The notes under the pieces: generated by a model
Told to the model about the DNA's origin: nothing
The model's database searches: none
What the model saw: only the letters and a program-made list of their open reading frames with translations
Translations under genes and position numbers: made by a program
DNA from: Fidelibacterota bacterium
GTDB lineage: Bacteria; Fidelibacterota; Marinisomatia; Marinisomatales; UBA2128
Assembly: GCA_046861645.1 (NCBI GenBank)
Contig: JBHHUM010000039.1
Span: 1 to 18,676 of the forward strand
DNA length: 18,676 nucleotides
Reading direction: 5' to 3'
Part shown: in pieces, positions 7,550 through 16,812 of the stretch
How positions within the stretch are numbered: position 1 is the stretch's first letter
Layout of the letters: each line of letters opens with the position of its first letter

Positions 7550-8392
7550 TTATTCCTCGATTGATATCTTCAGTGATTTTTTCTTACTGACTATTGTATC
7601 AATCACACCTCCAAAACCGATGAGGTAAACCAGCAGTTTCACAAACCACCCGACTACCGGTATTATTCCGATTAATCCGAGAAGTACCAAACCAACTAAC
7701 CCTTCGAGGAGGATCGGTCGACTTGCACTATCGAGAGCAATAAACACTCTTTTTCCGATGAGACGACCTACAGCCAAATACCCAAACAGAATCGCCAAGA
7801 TGATAATCAGGCAGAATAAAGGTATCAAAACGATACCTATTACAGATAGAACAAGGGAAATGATGACAGGGACAATCAAAACAAATCCCAATATTCCAAA
7901 AAAGATAGTTCGGAGGGGTTGTACCTCTACGGAATCAGAAACTGCTGTTATCTGTTTCGGCAAAAAGAGAATTAGGACCATTGCCAAGGCGATAAACCCG
8001 ATAAAAGAGAATAATCTGAAAGCCCAATAGAATTCTCCCCAATTATCCCATTTCAAAGGGATAAAGGTAGATACTAAATCCTGGACTTCTACAAGATCTC
8101 CATCAATGATCCCTCCCTCCTCAATATGGATATGCCCTCCGACTGACACAGCATTACCATCGATATAACCGTTTGAGAATACTGTGATAGAACCCCCGAC
8201 AGCCACTGCATCTCCATCCACATCACCGAAAACTTCGATATCCCCGCCGATAGCTACGACATCCTCCACTTCCCTCCCTCCTTCGATAACCACATCTCCC
8301 CCAACACGAACGATAGTTCCTTTTTCCGCCAATAAGGGAAATGAAGATGCCATGATTATTAAAAAAGCAAGAAACTGAATTCTCTTCATCAT
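7550..8392 (-). CDS. Bactofilin-like (polymer-forming cytoskeletal) beta-helix membrane protein
   Basis: Signal peptide, repeated (V/I)xGD(A/V)V(A/S)(V/I)GG units and a multi-TM C-terminus. AAGGAG RBS. Confidence 0.75.
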   Translation of the reverse strand: MMKRIQFLAFLIIMASSFPLLAEKGTIVRVGGDVVIEGGREVEDVVAIGGDIEVFGDVDGDAVAVGGSITVFSNGYIDGNAVSVGGHIHIEEGGIIDGDLVEVQDLVSTFIPLKWDNWGEFYWAFRLFSFIGFIALAMVLILFLPKQITAVSDSVEVQPLRTIFFGILGFVLIVPVIISLVLSVIGIVLIPLFCLIIILAILFGYLAVGRLIGKRVFIALDSASRPILLEGLVGLVLLGLIGIIPVVGWFVKLLVYLIGFGGVIDTIVSKKKSLKISIEE

Positions 8393-8453
8393 AACTCCTT
8401 TTTTGAATTCAGGTATAACTACTTATTCAACTTTTTCCAAGATTCAACCAACC

Positions 8454-9767
8454 TTAACTGGTTTTAGTACCAACGCTGACATTATCAAAAAGTATCGCTG
8501 GAAAAGTTCCCCCGGAGGAAGGATGTACAGTATCCTCAATTTCTAAAACAGTATTAAACAGGTCGTATATATTTCCTGTGACCATAGCATCCTTAATGTG
8601 GCCTGTTATTTCCCCGTTTTCTACATACAATCCCGGAGAAAGACCCACAGAGAAATCACCATTAGGGATATTACCACTGTGAGCTCCCATTGCCTCAGGG
8701 ATAATAATTCCCTTATCGATAGAGTTGATTATCTCGCCTATCGATTTATTGCCGGGTTCAATGAACAGGTGCTGAAGGGATGGAGTTGGCTTAAGTGATA
8801 CTGTCTCTCCGCCCCACATCGCACTTTTAAAACCGTGCCCTGTAGGTTGTGTATTCATCTTTTTGGCGTAAAAGAGGTCGTAATAAAAATTCCTCAAGAC
8901 ACCATTTCTTACCACATCTAATCGCCGGCAAGGGATTCCCTCATCATCAAATGACCGTGCACCCGGAAAGTTGTCGTTTAATGGATCATCGAAAATCGTA
9001 ACTCTTTCATCAAAAATGGTATCACCAATCTTGTCTATGAGCGGGGACTCTTTCACGTAAATGTTCTTTCCATTGGAAGCAAACCGCAACCTCCACATTA
9101 AAACATACATTGTCTCGGGGAGAAAGAGCGTCTTCACTTTTCCGCTTTTTAGACTTACTTCTTTTTCAGAGCTGTTGTAGGTGTGCAGAATATAGTCCAG
9201 GAAATCATTGGGAACGGCTTCAAACTTTTTGCGCCTGAACATGCGGTAGATAGAGGCATAAGAACCAGGATACAGAACAAACGGAGTTAAGGAGTAATGA
9301 GAAGACTTGTTAGCAATATCGGTACCTTGATTGTTAATAATTCTGATATCGTCAGTAGTAATCTCAGAATTGACATTTATCTGTCCCTTCGTCTTGCCGG
9401 TAAGATATTCACATATTCTACTGCATTCTTCATATAACTTCTCGTTCATAAGTGATTCTATGGCAGAATCATAGGAATCCACTTCAGCTATATCCTTTGT
9501 GTAGGGGAAATCCAACTGCCCTTCTACGCCTCCTTTCAATGAATCAACCGCATTCCGGATAAGTCCCTCCCTGTCATGCAGATTTTTTGTGTAGGCAAAA
9601 CCGGTTTTACCATCCTTTATAATCCTGAGACTTAATCCAGACTGGATTGAACTATCAATATCCTTTAGTTTTGCATTTTCGAAAGTGACAGAATCACTTT
9701 TTTGTTTTATAGCATAAATTTCCACCTGATCAGCAGACATGCTTGCCAGTTCTAATAATTTTTCCAT
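8454..9767 (-). CDS. pmbA: PmbA/TldE family protein
   Basis: SLRIIKDGKTGFAYT, SFDDEGIP and NIPNGDFS motifs, no HExxxH. Start placed at ATG 9767 (GGAGGAG RBS, TGATG overlap with tldD). Confidence 0.88.
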   Translation of the reverse strand: MEKLLELASMSADQVEIYAIKQKSDSVTFENAKLKDIDSSIQSGLSLRIIKDGKTGFAYTKNLHDREGLIRNAVDSLKGGVEGQLDFPYTKDIAEVDSYDSAIESLMNEKLYEECSRICEYLTGKTKGQINVNSEITTDDIRIINNQGTDIANKSSHYSLTPFVLYPGSYASIYRMFRRKKFEAVPNDFLDYILHTYNSSEKEVSLKSGKVKTLFLPETMYVLMWRLRFASNGKNIYVKESPLIDKIGDTIFDERVTIFDDPLNDNFPGARSFDDEGIPCRRLDVVRNGVLRNFYYDLFYAKKMNTQPTGHGFKSAMWGGETVSLKPTPSLQHLFIEPGNKSIGEIINSIDKGIIIPEAMGAHSGNIPNGDFSVGLSPGLYVENGEITGHIKDAMVTGNIYDLFNTVLEIEDTVHPSSGGTFPAILFDNVSVGTKTS

Positions 9768-11140
9768 CAGGCTCCTCCGCACACGACATTTTTGATAAGG
9801 ATATGCGGCGCCCCATGACACGACCTGATGTTAGACTGATGTCCTTTACCACAGCCACCCATACCAGGACGGCACAGCTCCAAATCATTCCCGATGGCAA
9901 CAATGTTTTTCAGAGTCTGATACAGATTCCCGGAGATATTGACATCTCTGATCATCTCTACAATTTTACCATTTTTGACGACATATCCATACTGTGTTCC
10001 AAAAGTGAAGTTCTCACCGCTGGTCTCGCCTCCTTTGGCATCCAGTAGATAAAGCCCATCGTCCAGTTTTTGAAAAAGGTCGTCAATTGAACTGTCGCCC
10101 GGTTCGATGAAAATTGTTCCCATTCTGATTATGGGTGCGAAGCGGTAGTCCTCTGCCACACAGTGACCGGATATCGGTTCATCAAATGCTGCTGCAGTCC
10201 TCCTGGAATGAAGTCTGCCTGTCAGGACACCTCCTTTCATTAACTGGGTTGGTCTTGCTTCAACTCCTTCATCATCATACTTGTAGTGCCCTAACTGGTC
10301 CGGGAGAGTGGGATCATCTTTAATGTTGAGAATTTCGTTACCGAGTTTTGCACCAAGTTTCATCTTTTCTCTCATTGAAGGAGAATCTTCAATCAGATCA
10401 GCCTCTGAAAAGTGACCGAAAGCTTCGTGGGTGAACACTCCTGCAAGGTCCGGATTAATGATTACATCATATGCTCCTGCTTTTACCGGCTTTGCTTTCA
10501 GGAGTTGTATTGCAATGGACGTCTTTTTCTCAAACTGCTCTTCGACATTCCTTAATATAGCGAATCCGCTGCTCCCACCGATACCAACCCTGACATTTTG
10601 AAGGATGTTACCATCCTTAGCTGTTATAGTGCCTCCCACCCGGGGCGTGATCAATTCTTCTCTAATCTCACTTCCTTCCGAACTGACGAAATACTTTTCA
10701 CGAATCAGTTCACTGTACCCAATGTTAGTCGTAGCAATCTTATCTTTATGTAAAGGGATGCTATTGTATTTTCTTGTTAACTCCAGTTTTTCTTCCATAG
10801 AAATACTTCTGGGATCTTCATTCAGCTGGGGTATAAAAGTGTCTTTAACACTTCCCGTTTTGGCAAATCTTGTGGGTACTTTTTTGTTCTTCGAAATCAG
10901 GAGAGCATTTTCTACAACAGTGCGTATTGCATTTTCCGTATCGGTTTCCTTTGTATAGGCAATCGAGGATAAACCACCGTTCCTCAGTACCCTTATTACG
11001 TATCCATCAGTAGAATTGGAACCGATACTGGTGAGTTCATTTCCGTTAAAAACTATAGCAGTTTCCTTTTTGATCTCGTAGCGGATATCGGCGTAATCGG
11101 CATCAATTCTGGCAAGGATTGTTTTTAGTTTCTCAAACAT
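9767..11140 (-). CDS. tldD: TldD family metalloprotease
   Basis: HEAFGH zinc motif, YDDEGV, PIIRMGT and C-terminal GGCGKGHQ Cys ligand. Confidence 0.93.
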   Translation of the reverse strand: MFEKLKTILARIDADYADIRYEIKKETAIVFNGNELTSIGSNSTDGYVIRVLRNGGLSSIAYTKETDTENAIRTVVENALLISKNKKVPTRFAKTGSVKDTFIPQLNEDPRSISMEEKLELTRKYNSIPLHKDKIATTNIGYSELIREKYFVSSEGSEIREELITPRVGGTITAKDGNILQNVRVGIGGSSGFAILRNVEEQFEKKTSIAIQLLKAKPVKAGAYDVIINPDLAGVFTHEAFGHFSEADLIEDSPSMREKMKLGAKLGNEILNIKDDPTLPDQLGHYKYDDEGVEARPTQLMKGGVLTGRLHSRRTAAAFDEPISGHCVAEDYRFAPIIRMGTIFIEPGDSSIDDLFQKLDDGLYLLDAKGGETSGENFTFGTQYGYVVKNGKIVEMIRDVNISGNLYQTLKNIVAIGNDLELCRPGMGGCGKGHQSNIRSCHGAPHILIKNVVCGGA

Positions 11141-11141
11141 T

Positions 11142-11264
11142 TTACAGGTTTAGTGAATCTTCATTCTTCAACTTAACATTTCCACTTAGTTGTGAAAACC
11201 TGAAAGTAGTCCATATAGCGGTAAGTTTGCGCATAGGGTCTTGATGACGATAGGGTTCAGACAT
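11142..11264 (-). CDS. Putative 40-aa peptide directly upstream of tldD
   Basis: MSEPYRHQDPMRKLTAIWTTFRFSQLSGNVKLKNEDSLNL*. AAGGGGG lies 11 nt upstream. Its TAA is 1 nt before the tldD ATG, which has no SD of its own. Confidence 0.4.
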   Translation of the reverse strand: MSEPYRHQDPMRKLTAIWTTFRFSQLSGNVKLKNEDSLNL

Positions 11265-11708
11265 ATACTAATATGCCCCCTTAGTAAGGATAAATTACAA
11301 TAAAATCATTCAATTTGGGACACAATCCATAAACTTTTGCGGATTAGGTAAAAACATCTAAATAATGGAATGTACCAAGTTCTGGCAAAAACTCAGTTAC
11401 GTCCCAAATTCTGCTATTGATCTGTTCAAAGCCTAATCTACCGGTATAGTCAAATAGTCTGTTGAACTTCGACCTTCCTGTGCTGGAGCTACATCAGACA
11501 AGCGGGACAGGCACTGAGGACTATAAACCCCGGGGTCTAGTTGAAAACGAACTTTCCCGCTAGACTCTATTTGCCAAAGATGCTACAAGAATCTGGTTGT
11601 AGATGCTGTTGGAATGGCAATCCCGAGGAGACCCTATGGGTCATAAGAGTTCTTTCCTTCTCGATCTTCGGAGTAGCATCAGGTGTAGGTTGAGCGTATT
11701 TTGTAATC

Positions 11709-12128
11709 TTATGTTGCTTTTGTTCCTCTTGCGTAAACCAAGGCTATAACAATTCCTCCTATCGTCTTTTCAACGACCTGAAATAATACATTAACTAAAG
11801 TTCCTGTAAGAGGTAAAGTGTAATGCGCATACAAAACAAATTGTACTGGAAGATGCATAATTAAACCTATAATAATTCCGAATTTAAGACCCTCCTCAAC
11901 AGGTTTCCCGCCTTTATATCCAATAGGAAAGATGTAAGCCATTAATAAGATTCCAATATAATAACCTAGAACATCCCATAACCATTGGATTTGATCTTCA
12001 GCTCTTATTATGTCTGAAAATTCCTTGAGATACCAATCTTTCATTATGCCTTGGTACCACAAAACATCAATCACAGTCATTGCGATAGCTCCATAGATAA
12101 ACGCCAATAACAGTTTCTTAACATTCAT
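11709..12128 (-). CDS. Small 4-TM membrane protein (DUF1761/DUF2177-like)
   Basis: 139 aa with hydrophobic helices and a GLKFGIIIG motif. AAGGAGG RBS. Confidence 0.75.
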   Translation of the reverse strand: MNVKKLLLAFIYGAIAMTVIDVLWYQGIMKDWYLKEFSDIIRAEDQIQWLWDVLGYYIGILLMAYIFPIGYKGGKPVEEGLKFGIIIGLIMHLPVQFVLYAHYTLPLTGTLVNVLFQVVEKTIGGIVIALVYARGTKAT

Positions 12129-12272
12129 GTTTTACCTCCTTTATTCTCTAATAAATCTGATAACAAGAAATATCCAACCAGAAATGGTATCGTGATTGGT
12201 CAGTTACCATCAGATTTATTGTCATTATGTTTTGAGTTAAATGTATCATGGATCAGGACCAAATGTTTATAT

Positions 12273-13223
12273 TTAAGGATAGATCTCCACATCGTTTTTT
12301 ATTGGATTTAAAGTCATCAAGTAAGCATAGATAGCTCCCAGATCTTCTTCCGTCATTTCCGCGTAAGAAGTCCAACCCATAGTAGTATTTCTATTATTAT
12401 AGACTGGCGTATGTTTCGCATCAGGAGAGGCATATTCCTTAAACCGTTCAATAAAATCATCTCGATCCCAATCACCAATTCCAGTGTCCTCATCAGGTGT
12501 GATATTAGAGGATCTAACTAAAAAACCACCTGGCATGGGGTGATCCGATCCACCAGCATACTCCATTCCTTCGATTAAATTGGGTCCTTTCATGGGAGTA
12601 TGACATCCAATGCATCCTGCAATGGTAATCAAATATTCTCCATACGCCACTTCGTCGGTTGGATCTGGTTTAGTTTGTGGTACGTATTCTTTTGGTATGG
12701 TTCGGATAATGTATTTCAGGGGGAACTTGAGTTTACCAGTTTTAACGTCACTCGGGATTGATTTTAGCGTTCGCAAATAAGCTATGATCGAATAGACATC
12801 TTCTTCAGTCATCCTGGCGTAACTGAGATAAGGCATCATTGGGAAAATAGCATCTCCATCTTTATTGACGCCACTGACAATTGCGCGAAATATCTCACCA
12901 TCGGTCCAGTTTCCAAGGCCATAGGGAGTGATATTGGAAAGGCACACGGTACCGGGAACCCCTAACTCCTCCCCGAAACATTCACCGCCCTTTCCTTCAG
13001 TACCTTCTACGATTGGTATAGCATAATTATCCCACTTATGCTCGGAATGACAATCGAAACAACCGGTGACAGCCCTGGCTAAATACTCACCTCGGGCAAC
13101 TCGTCCCTCTGTGATTTCAATCTTAATGTCAGGAGCGGGACCAACTTTTATTGGTATCAAAATGGTGCAGCCACAAATAAGGATTAATACAAAATATATT
13201 ACAACTTTGAATGGATTATTCAT
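12273..13223 (-). CDS. Diheme c-type cytochrome, probably membrane-anchored or lipoprotein
   Basis: Two CxxCH motifs (CFDCH, CIGCH) in repeated GEYL...NITP...G.G.W units. Start placed at ATG 13223, 6 nt after AAGGAG. Confidence 0.9.
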   Translation of the reverse strand: MNNPFKVVIYFVLILICGCTILIPIKVGPAPDIKIEITEGRVARGEYLARAVTGCFDCHSEHKWDNYAIPIVEGTEGKGGECFGEELGVPGTVCLSNITPYGLGNWTDGEIFRAIVSGVNKDGDAIFPMMPYLSYARMTEEDVYSIIAYLRTLKSIPSDVKTGKLKFPLKYIIRTIPKEYVPQTKPDPTDEVAYGEYLITIAGCIGCHTPMKGPNLIEGMEYAGGSDHPMPGGFLVRSSNITPDEDTGIGDWDRDDFIERFKEYASPDAKHTPVYNNRNTTMGWTSYAEMTEEDLGAIYAYLMTLNPIKNDVEIYP

Positions 13224-13471
13224 GACCATCTCCTTTTCTTTGTTGAAGAATTCAACCATTCAATACTCAAATACACGCTGTCATGTACCTCTACCTGATA
13301 AAGACTATTATCCAACATTTGGGTCTTTAATCCCACTATCTCTGCTCATATAAAATATGAGCGCTGGTCATATGAATATCAAGAACTTCCATCGGGATGT
13401 CCTCAGAACATCATTACACGTTCTTGACTTTGCGATAGAAATCACTGTTTTGTATTTATATACCTGATTTT

Positions 13472-14467
13472 CTATAATCCTTCAAAATATTCAAAGGCAT
13501 CAATAATATCCAAATACACTCCATCAAATCCAGCATCAAGAATCTTCTTCAAATATGAGCTATCATTACCAAAAATAATATCCTGCCACTCCGTATCCCA
13601 ATATCTGACTTTGTAATTTCCTTCCCAGTCAGGATTTTCCTTCTCTAACCATGATGGCGGATTGTTTTTCCAATCAGAATTCCAGTAATATCGGTAATCT
13701 TCTACTTCACCAATACTCATGTAAGCGATCATCAGGCGCGAGCCGCCATTTAATTTGGTCTTTAGAGAGGTTATATCATCAAAAGTCAGTTCATCAGTAC
13801 CCTCAAAGAAAAGGTCCATTATTACCAGATCATAGTTAGTGTTCTGTACAGCATTCAAGAATTCTACTTTTGTGCTATATGTACCGGGATTAAGCAGGTA
13901 GAGAAAATTCATGGCTTCAGCTAATGATGGTATATTGTCTGCGTTAACATCATGAGGTGTTGCCGGATAGTCTGGAATATTATCCAATTCCCTGTGATCA
14001 GCCGCAAAAGATATATAACCTTTGGCAGCATTCTGTGCATAGGAATCATCCATATAGGAAGGTGTCCAACAGTAGTCGGTTACTAATACCTCAACACCAT
14101 TGTTTTCCGCTATATCCATAAAGGCAAGCATGTAGTCTTTATCAACCGCAGAGGTGGGTTCATTATCATCATCATAACCATAAAATAAATCCTCACGTCC
14201 CACACCATCAATTGCATTAATGTAATCTGCGGCTGGGGTTCCTGTCTCTTCGCCATCTTCCGTTAATATGTCATGACCATTTTGTGGTATAATGATAAAA
14301 GAAGCATTGATTCCTTTCGAATAGCTGCTAATTCCTTGGACAAAATCACGCATATCCTGTTTGAAATCTCTATCAGGAATGGTATCAGAATCGTCGTCTT
14401 CACAGAAGGTTAATAGCATAACTGATAATACTGAGATGAATATAAGTTTAATTAAATTATTATTCAT
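13472..14467 (-). CDS. GH114/TM1410-like endo-alpha-1,4-polygalactosaminidase family lipoprotein
   Basis: IIPQNG, DGVGREDLFYG, AYMSIGEVEDYRYYW and GFDGVYLDIIDAF motifs. Signal peptide ending in Cys (LLTFC). Confidence 0.85.
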   Translation of the reverse strand: MNNNLIKLIFISVLSVMLLTFCEDDDSDTIPDRDFKQDMRDFVQGISSYSKGINASFIIIPQNGHDILTEDGEETGTPAADYINAIDGVGREDLFYGYDDDNEPTSAVDKDYMLAFMDIAENNGVEVLVTDYCWTPSYMDDSYAQNAAKGYISFAADHRELDNIPDYPATPHDVNADNIPSLAEAMNFLYLLNPGTYSTKVEFLNAVQNTNYDLVIMDLFFEGTDELTFDDITSLKTKLNGGSRLMIAYMSIGEVEDYRYYWNSDWKNNPPSWLEKENPDWEGNYKVRYWDTEWQDIIFGNDSSYLKKILDAGFDGVYLDIIDAFEYFEGL

Positions 14468-14631
14468 GACTGCTCCCTTTTCCTAATTTGAACGAATTTA
14501 CGACTTGTTATCTGTATTCAAAATAAAAAGGGATTATTCAAAACACCGTCCATATACTCCCAAAGATTCGGGATACGATGAATAAATCTTCCTAATCGGA
14601 ATAATATCAATCATCAGAACAGTTTTTCTAT

Positions 14632-15900
14632 CTAATCTTCTAACATGCCAGCAACTACATCCAAACTCCCATCTGTGATTGTGGGCTCAATATCCATTAC
14701 CTTGGCAATAAGTTCGTAAATGTGAATATTCTGAAAAGATGGGATGCTCAACCCATCCTTGAAATCCGGGCCATAGGCTAGGAAAATTCCATGCATGGAC
14801 AGCAAGAGAGGATCATACCCATGCGTACCTCCTGTATAGGCATCAGGATGGCTATCGTAGTAACTCCTGGTACTGATAGACCAACCTTCATCGGCAATTC
14901 CAATAATTGGTGTAATACGCCGGTGATTACGGTAGTGCAGGTGTTCCGGGGTTTCCTCCTTCTTATATACCGAGAACCGTGTGTGAGCATTAACAAGTGA
15001 ATTGTAGATCGAGTCTTCCAGCCCTTCATTAGGAATGATTGCCGCAACGGGAGACCACCCCACCATAGTCACATCCGATAGATTGATGTAGTCACCAAGA
15101 AAGATTATACTATCTCTATCTATTTCAGTCATTCCATGATCAGCAGTGATAATGATATTCACTTTATTCAATAAATCCCGAGTAGTTAAACCTGCTATCA
15201 ACCTCCCCAGATCAACATCCAATCCTTGTATTACAGTATCCATTTCCACTGATTCAGGACCCAAGATATGCCCCCAGTAGTTGGCATCATTTAGATAGGC
15301 TGTCATGAAGACAGGGCGTTCACTATCCGGAAGGTCCAGCCATGCCAATAGTTGATCTATTATCGTTTCATTAGAGGTTGAACCATCATAAGTATACCAA
15401 TAAGTAGGTCTCTCACCATTAATTTCAGCTTCAGAACCAGGCCAGAAATACGTAGCGGTAACCTTTCCCTGTTTCTCAGCAGTTACCCATATAGGCTCTC
15501 CCTCATACCAACGACTCTCGGGGACTGATTCGCTTCCTTCACCTATGGTATACCATGCATCAAAAACCTCGTCGTACATCCTATTCGAGACAATCCCGTG
15601 ATTCTCTGGGTATAATCCAGTAACGATAGATAAGTGGTTGGGAAAAGTAAATGTTGGAAAAACCGGTATGAGTGACTCGGCTTTTACTCCACCCTCGATG
15701 AGAAAATCGAAATTCGGAGTATACGTCCTTTCAGTATAATCCCATCTGAAACCATCCATTGAGATCAGGATAACAGGGTTTATCTTAGCTTGATCATCCT
15801 CTTCGTCTGCTTGGAAAAGATCACATGTCCAGATCAGTGTACAGATGATGATTAAAATAAAGATTATTGCAAAATGTTGATACTTAAGATTCCCTTTCAT
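14632..15900 (-). CDS. Ectonucleotide pyrophosphatase/phosphodiesterase (alkaline phosphatase superfamily)
   Basis: LISMDGFRWDY, catalytic Thr in PTFTFPNH, TADHGM and GTHGYD. Signal peptide with Cys. Confidence 0.93.
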   Translation of the reverse strand: MKGNLKYQHFAIIFILIIICTLIWTCDLFQADEEDDQAKINPVILISMDGFRWDYTERTYTPNFDFLIEGGVKAESLIPVFPTFTFPNHLSIVTGLYPENHGIVSNRMYDEVFDAWYTIGEGSESVPESRWYEGEPIWVTAEKQGKVTATYFWPGSEAEINGERPTYWYTYDGSTSNETIIDQLLAWLDLPDSERPVFMTAYLNDANYWGHILGPESVEMDTVIQGLDVDLGRLIAGLTTRDLLNKVNIIITADHGMTEIDRDSIIFLGDYINLSDVTMVGWSPVAAIIPNEGLEDSIYNSLVNAHTRFSVYKKEETPEHLHYRNHRRITPIIGIADEGWSISTRSYYDSHPDAYTGGTHGYDPLLLSMHGIFLAYGPDFKDGLSIPSFQNIHIYELIAKVMDIEPTITDGSLDVVAGMLED

Positions 15901-16017
15901 TTCTTATTTACTCTTAGAGTCTGAAAAAAGGTATCTTGACTTTTTAGTTGTACGACATTGCATACTATTGGATTGTTTTGTTCCACCATACTCACTCACC
16001 GTGAATGGACCGGAGAG

Positions 16018-16158
16018 ATGCAAAATCTTCAGAATATCAAACTGTCGTATGGGAAAGGGGAAGTCGCTGCTCTTGCGGATAAAGTCAATTTCCGTGACTT
16101 GATGGATAAACCTGGAAAGAACACGGACCAGGTGGGTGATTCTCTTTTCCCGTATTAA
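16018..16158 (+). pseudogene. Short ORF, possibly a gene remnant (LarA-like N-terminus?)
   Basis: GGAGAG RBS before ATG 16018. IKLSYGKGEV loosely resembles the start of lactate racemase-family proteins, but the ORF stops after 46 aa. Confidence 0.25.
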
Positions 16159-16304
16159 TCAGTTTACACCCTGTGGTGTTTTAATTCAATAGCTAAGCAT
16201 GAAAAAGTAACTGTTCGTCTGACAGATGAAATTGATACAAGAATGTGGATAGTGGTGGGATCAGATCCACAAGAAAGAGCCTTTAGGGGGTTTTCATCGA
16301 AAAC

Positions 16305-16337
16305 AAAAGGGGGAACAGGTGAATCTGCCCCCCTTTT
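16305..16337 (-). terminator. Intrinsic terminator hairpin (possibly bidirectional)
   Basis: Minus strand AAAAGGGGGGCAG-ATTCAC-CTGTTCCCCCTTTT, with T tracts on both strands. Confidence 0.7.
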
Positions 16338-16418
16338 CATGTGTCAACTTTAAATCCTGAGCCCGGGGACTTTTTCAAATCAAGGGAGCGTGTAAACCCA
16401 CAAATCCACCTGTTCCCC
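16310..16418 (-). ncRNA. Candidate structured RNA / antiterminator
   Basis: 16400-16418 pairs with 16310-16328 over 19 contiguous bp (16 Watson-Crick plus 3 G-U, the latter only on the minus strand). Inner CTCCCTT can pair with AAGGGGG. Confidence 0.4.
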
Positions 16419-16468
16419 AAGACATCTTTCGCTATCAGCGAAAAACTCAGAACTTGGCTGTTCGAGAT

Positions 16469-16588
16469 TTATTCGACTTCTGCAGCCGGCGCTTCTTCAC
16501 CACCATTATCAGCAGCTTTTTCACCTCCTCCACAACCAATTAGAACTATAAGGGAAAGGGTTAGTAATGCGGAAATTAACTTCTTCAT
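16469..16588 (-). CDS. 39-aa small lipoprotein
   Basis: MKKLISALLTLSLIVLIGC-GGGEKAADNGGEEAPAAEVE*. AAGGAG RBS 7 nt upstream; basic n-region, hydrophobic h-region and lipobox LIGC. Below the ORF-track length cutoff. Confidence 0.85.
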   Translation of the reverse strand: MKKLISALLTLSLIVLIGCGGGEKAADNGGEEAPAAEVE

Positions 16589-16758
16589 CTCTGAACTCCT
16601 TTTACTGGATTGACAGATTTTCGTGAGTTAGGCAAGAGGGGTAGTATAGAATCATTCACCTATACAATCCACTTTCACCTCTATCAATATAACAACTCGA
16701 TTTTCTATCAACAATCTTTTTCAGAAGCTGTATTTTCCAGTCTGTGTTACCAGAATAG

Positions 16759-16788
16759 TTGACAGGTCTATTGAACTCCATGTACATT
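16759..16788 (+). promoter_or_regulatory. Candidate sigma70 promoter
   Basis: TTGACA-N18-TACATT, 24 nt upstream of ATG 16813. Confidence 0.4.
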
Positions 16789-16812
16789 AGTTACCTTAAT
16801 TTCGTCTACATC

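Noticed and set aside
13379..13427. TCAAGAAC...GTTCTTGA stem with an inner GATGT/ACATC hairpin
   Set aside because: Short stems with no U tract or known motif; not distinguishable from chance.
16352..16363. AAATCCTGAGCC, resembling a group I intron conserved element or a 6S RNA segment
   Set aside because: No other intron core elements or host exon, and no 6S-length rod or usual gene context.
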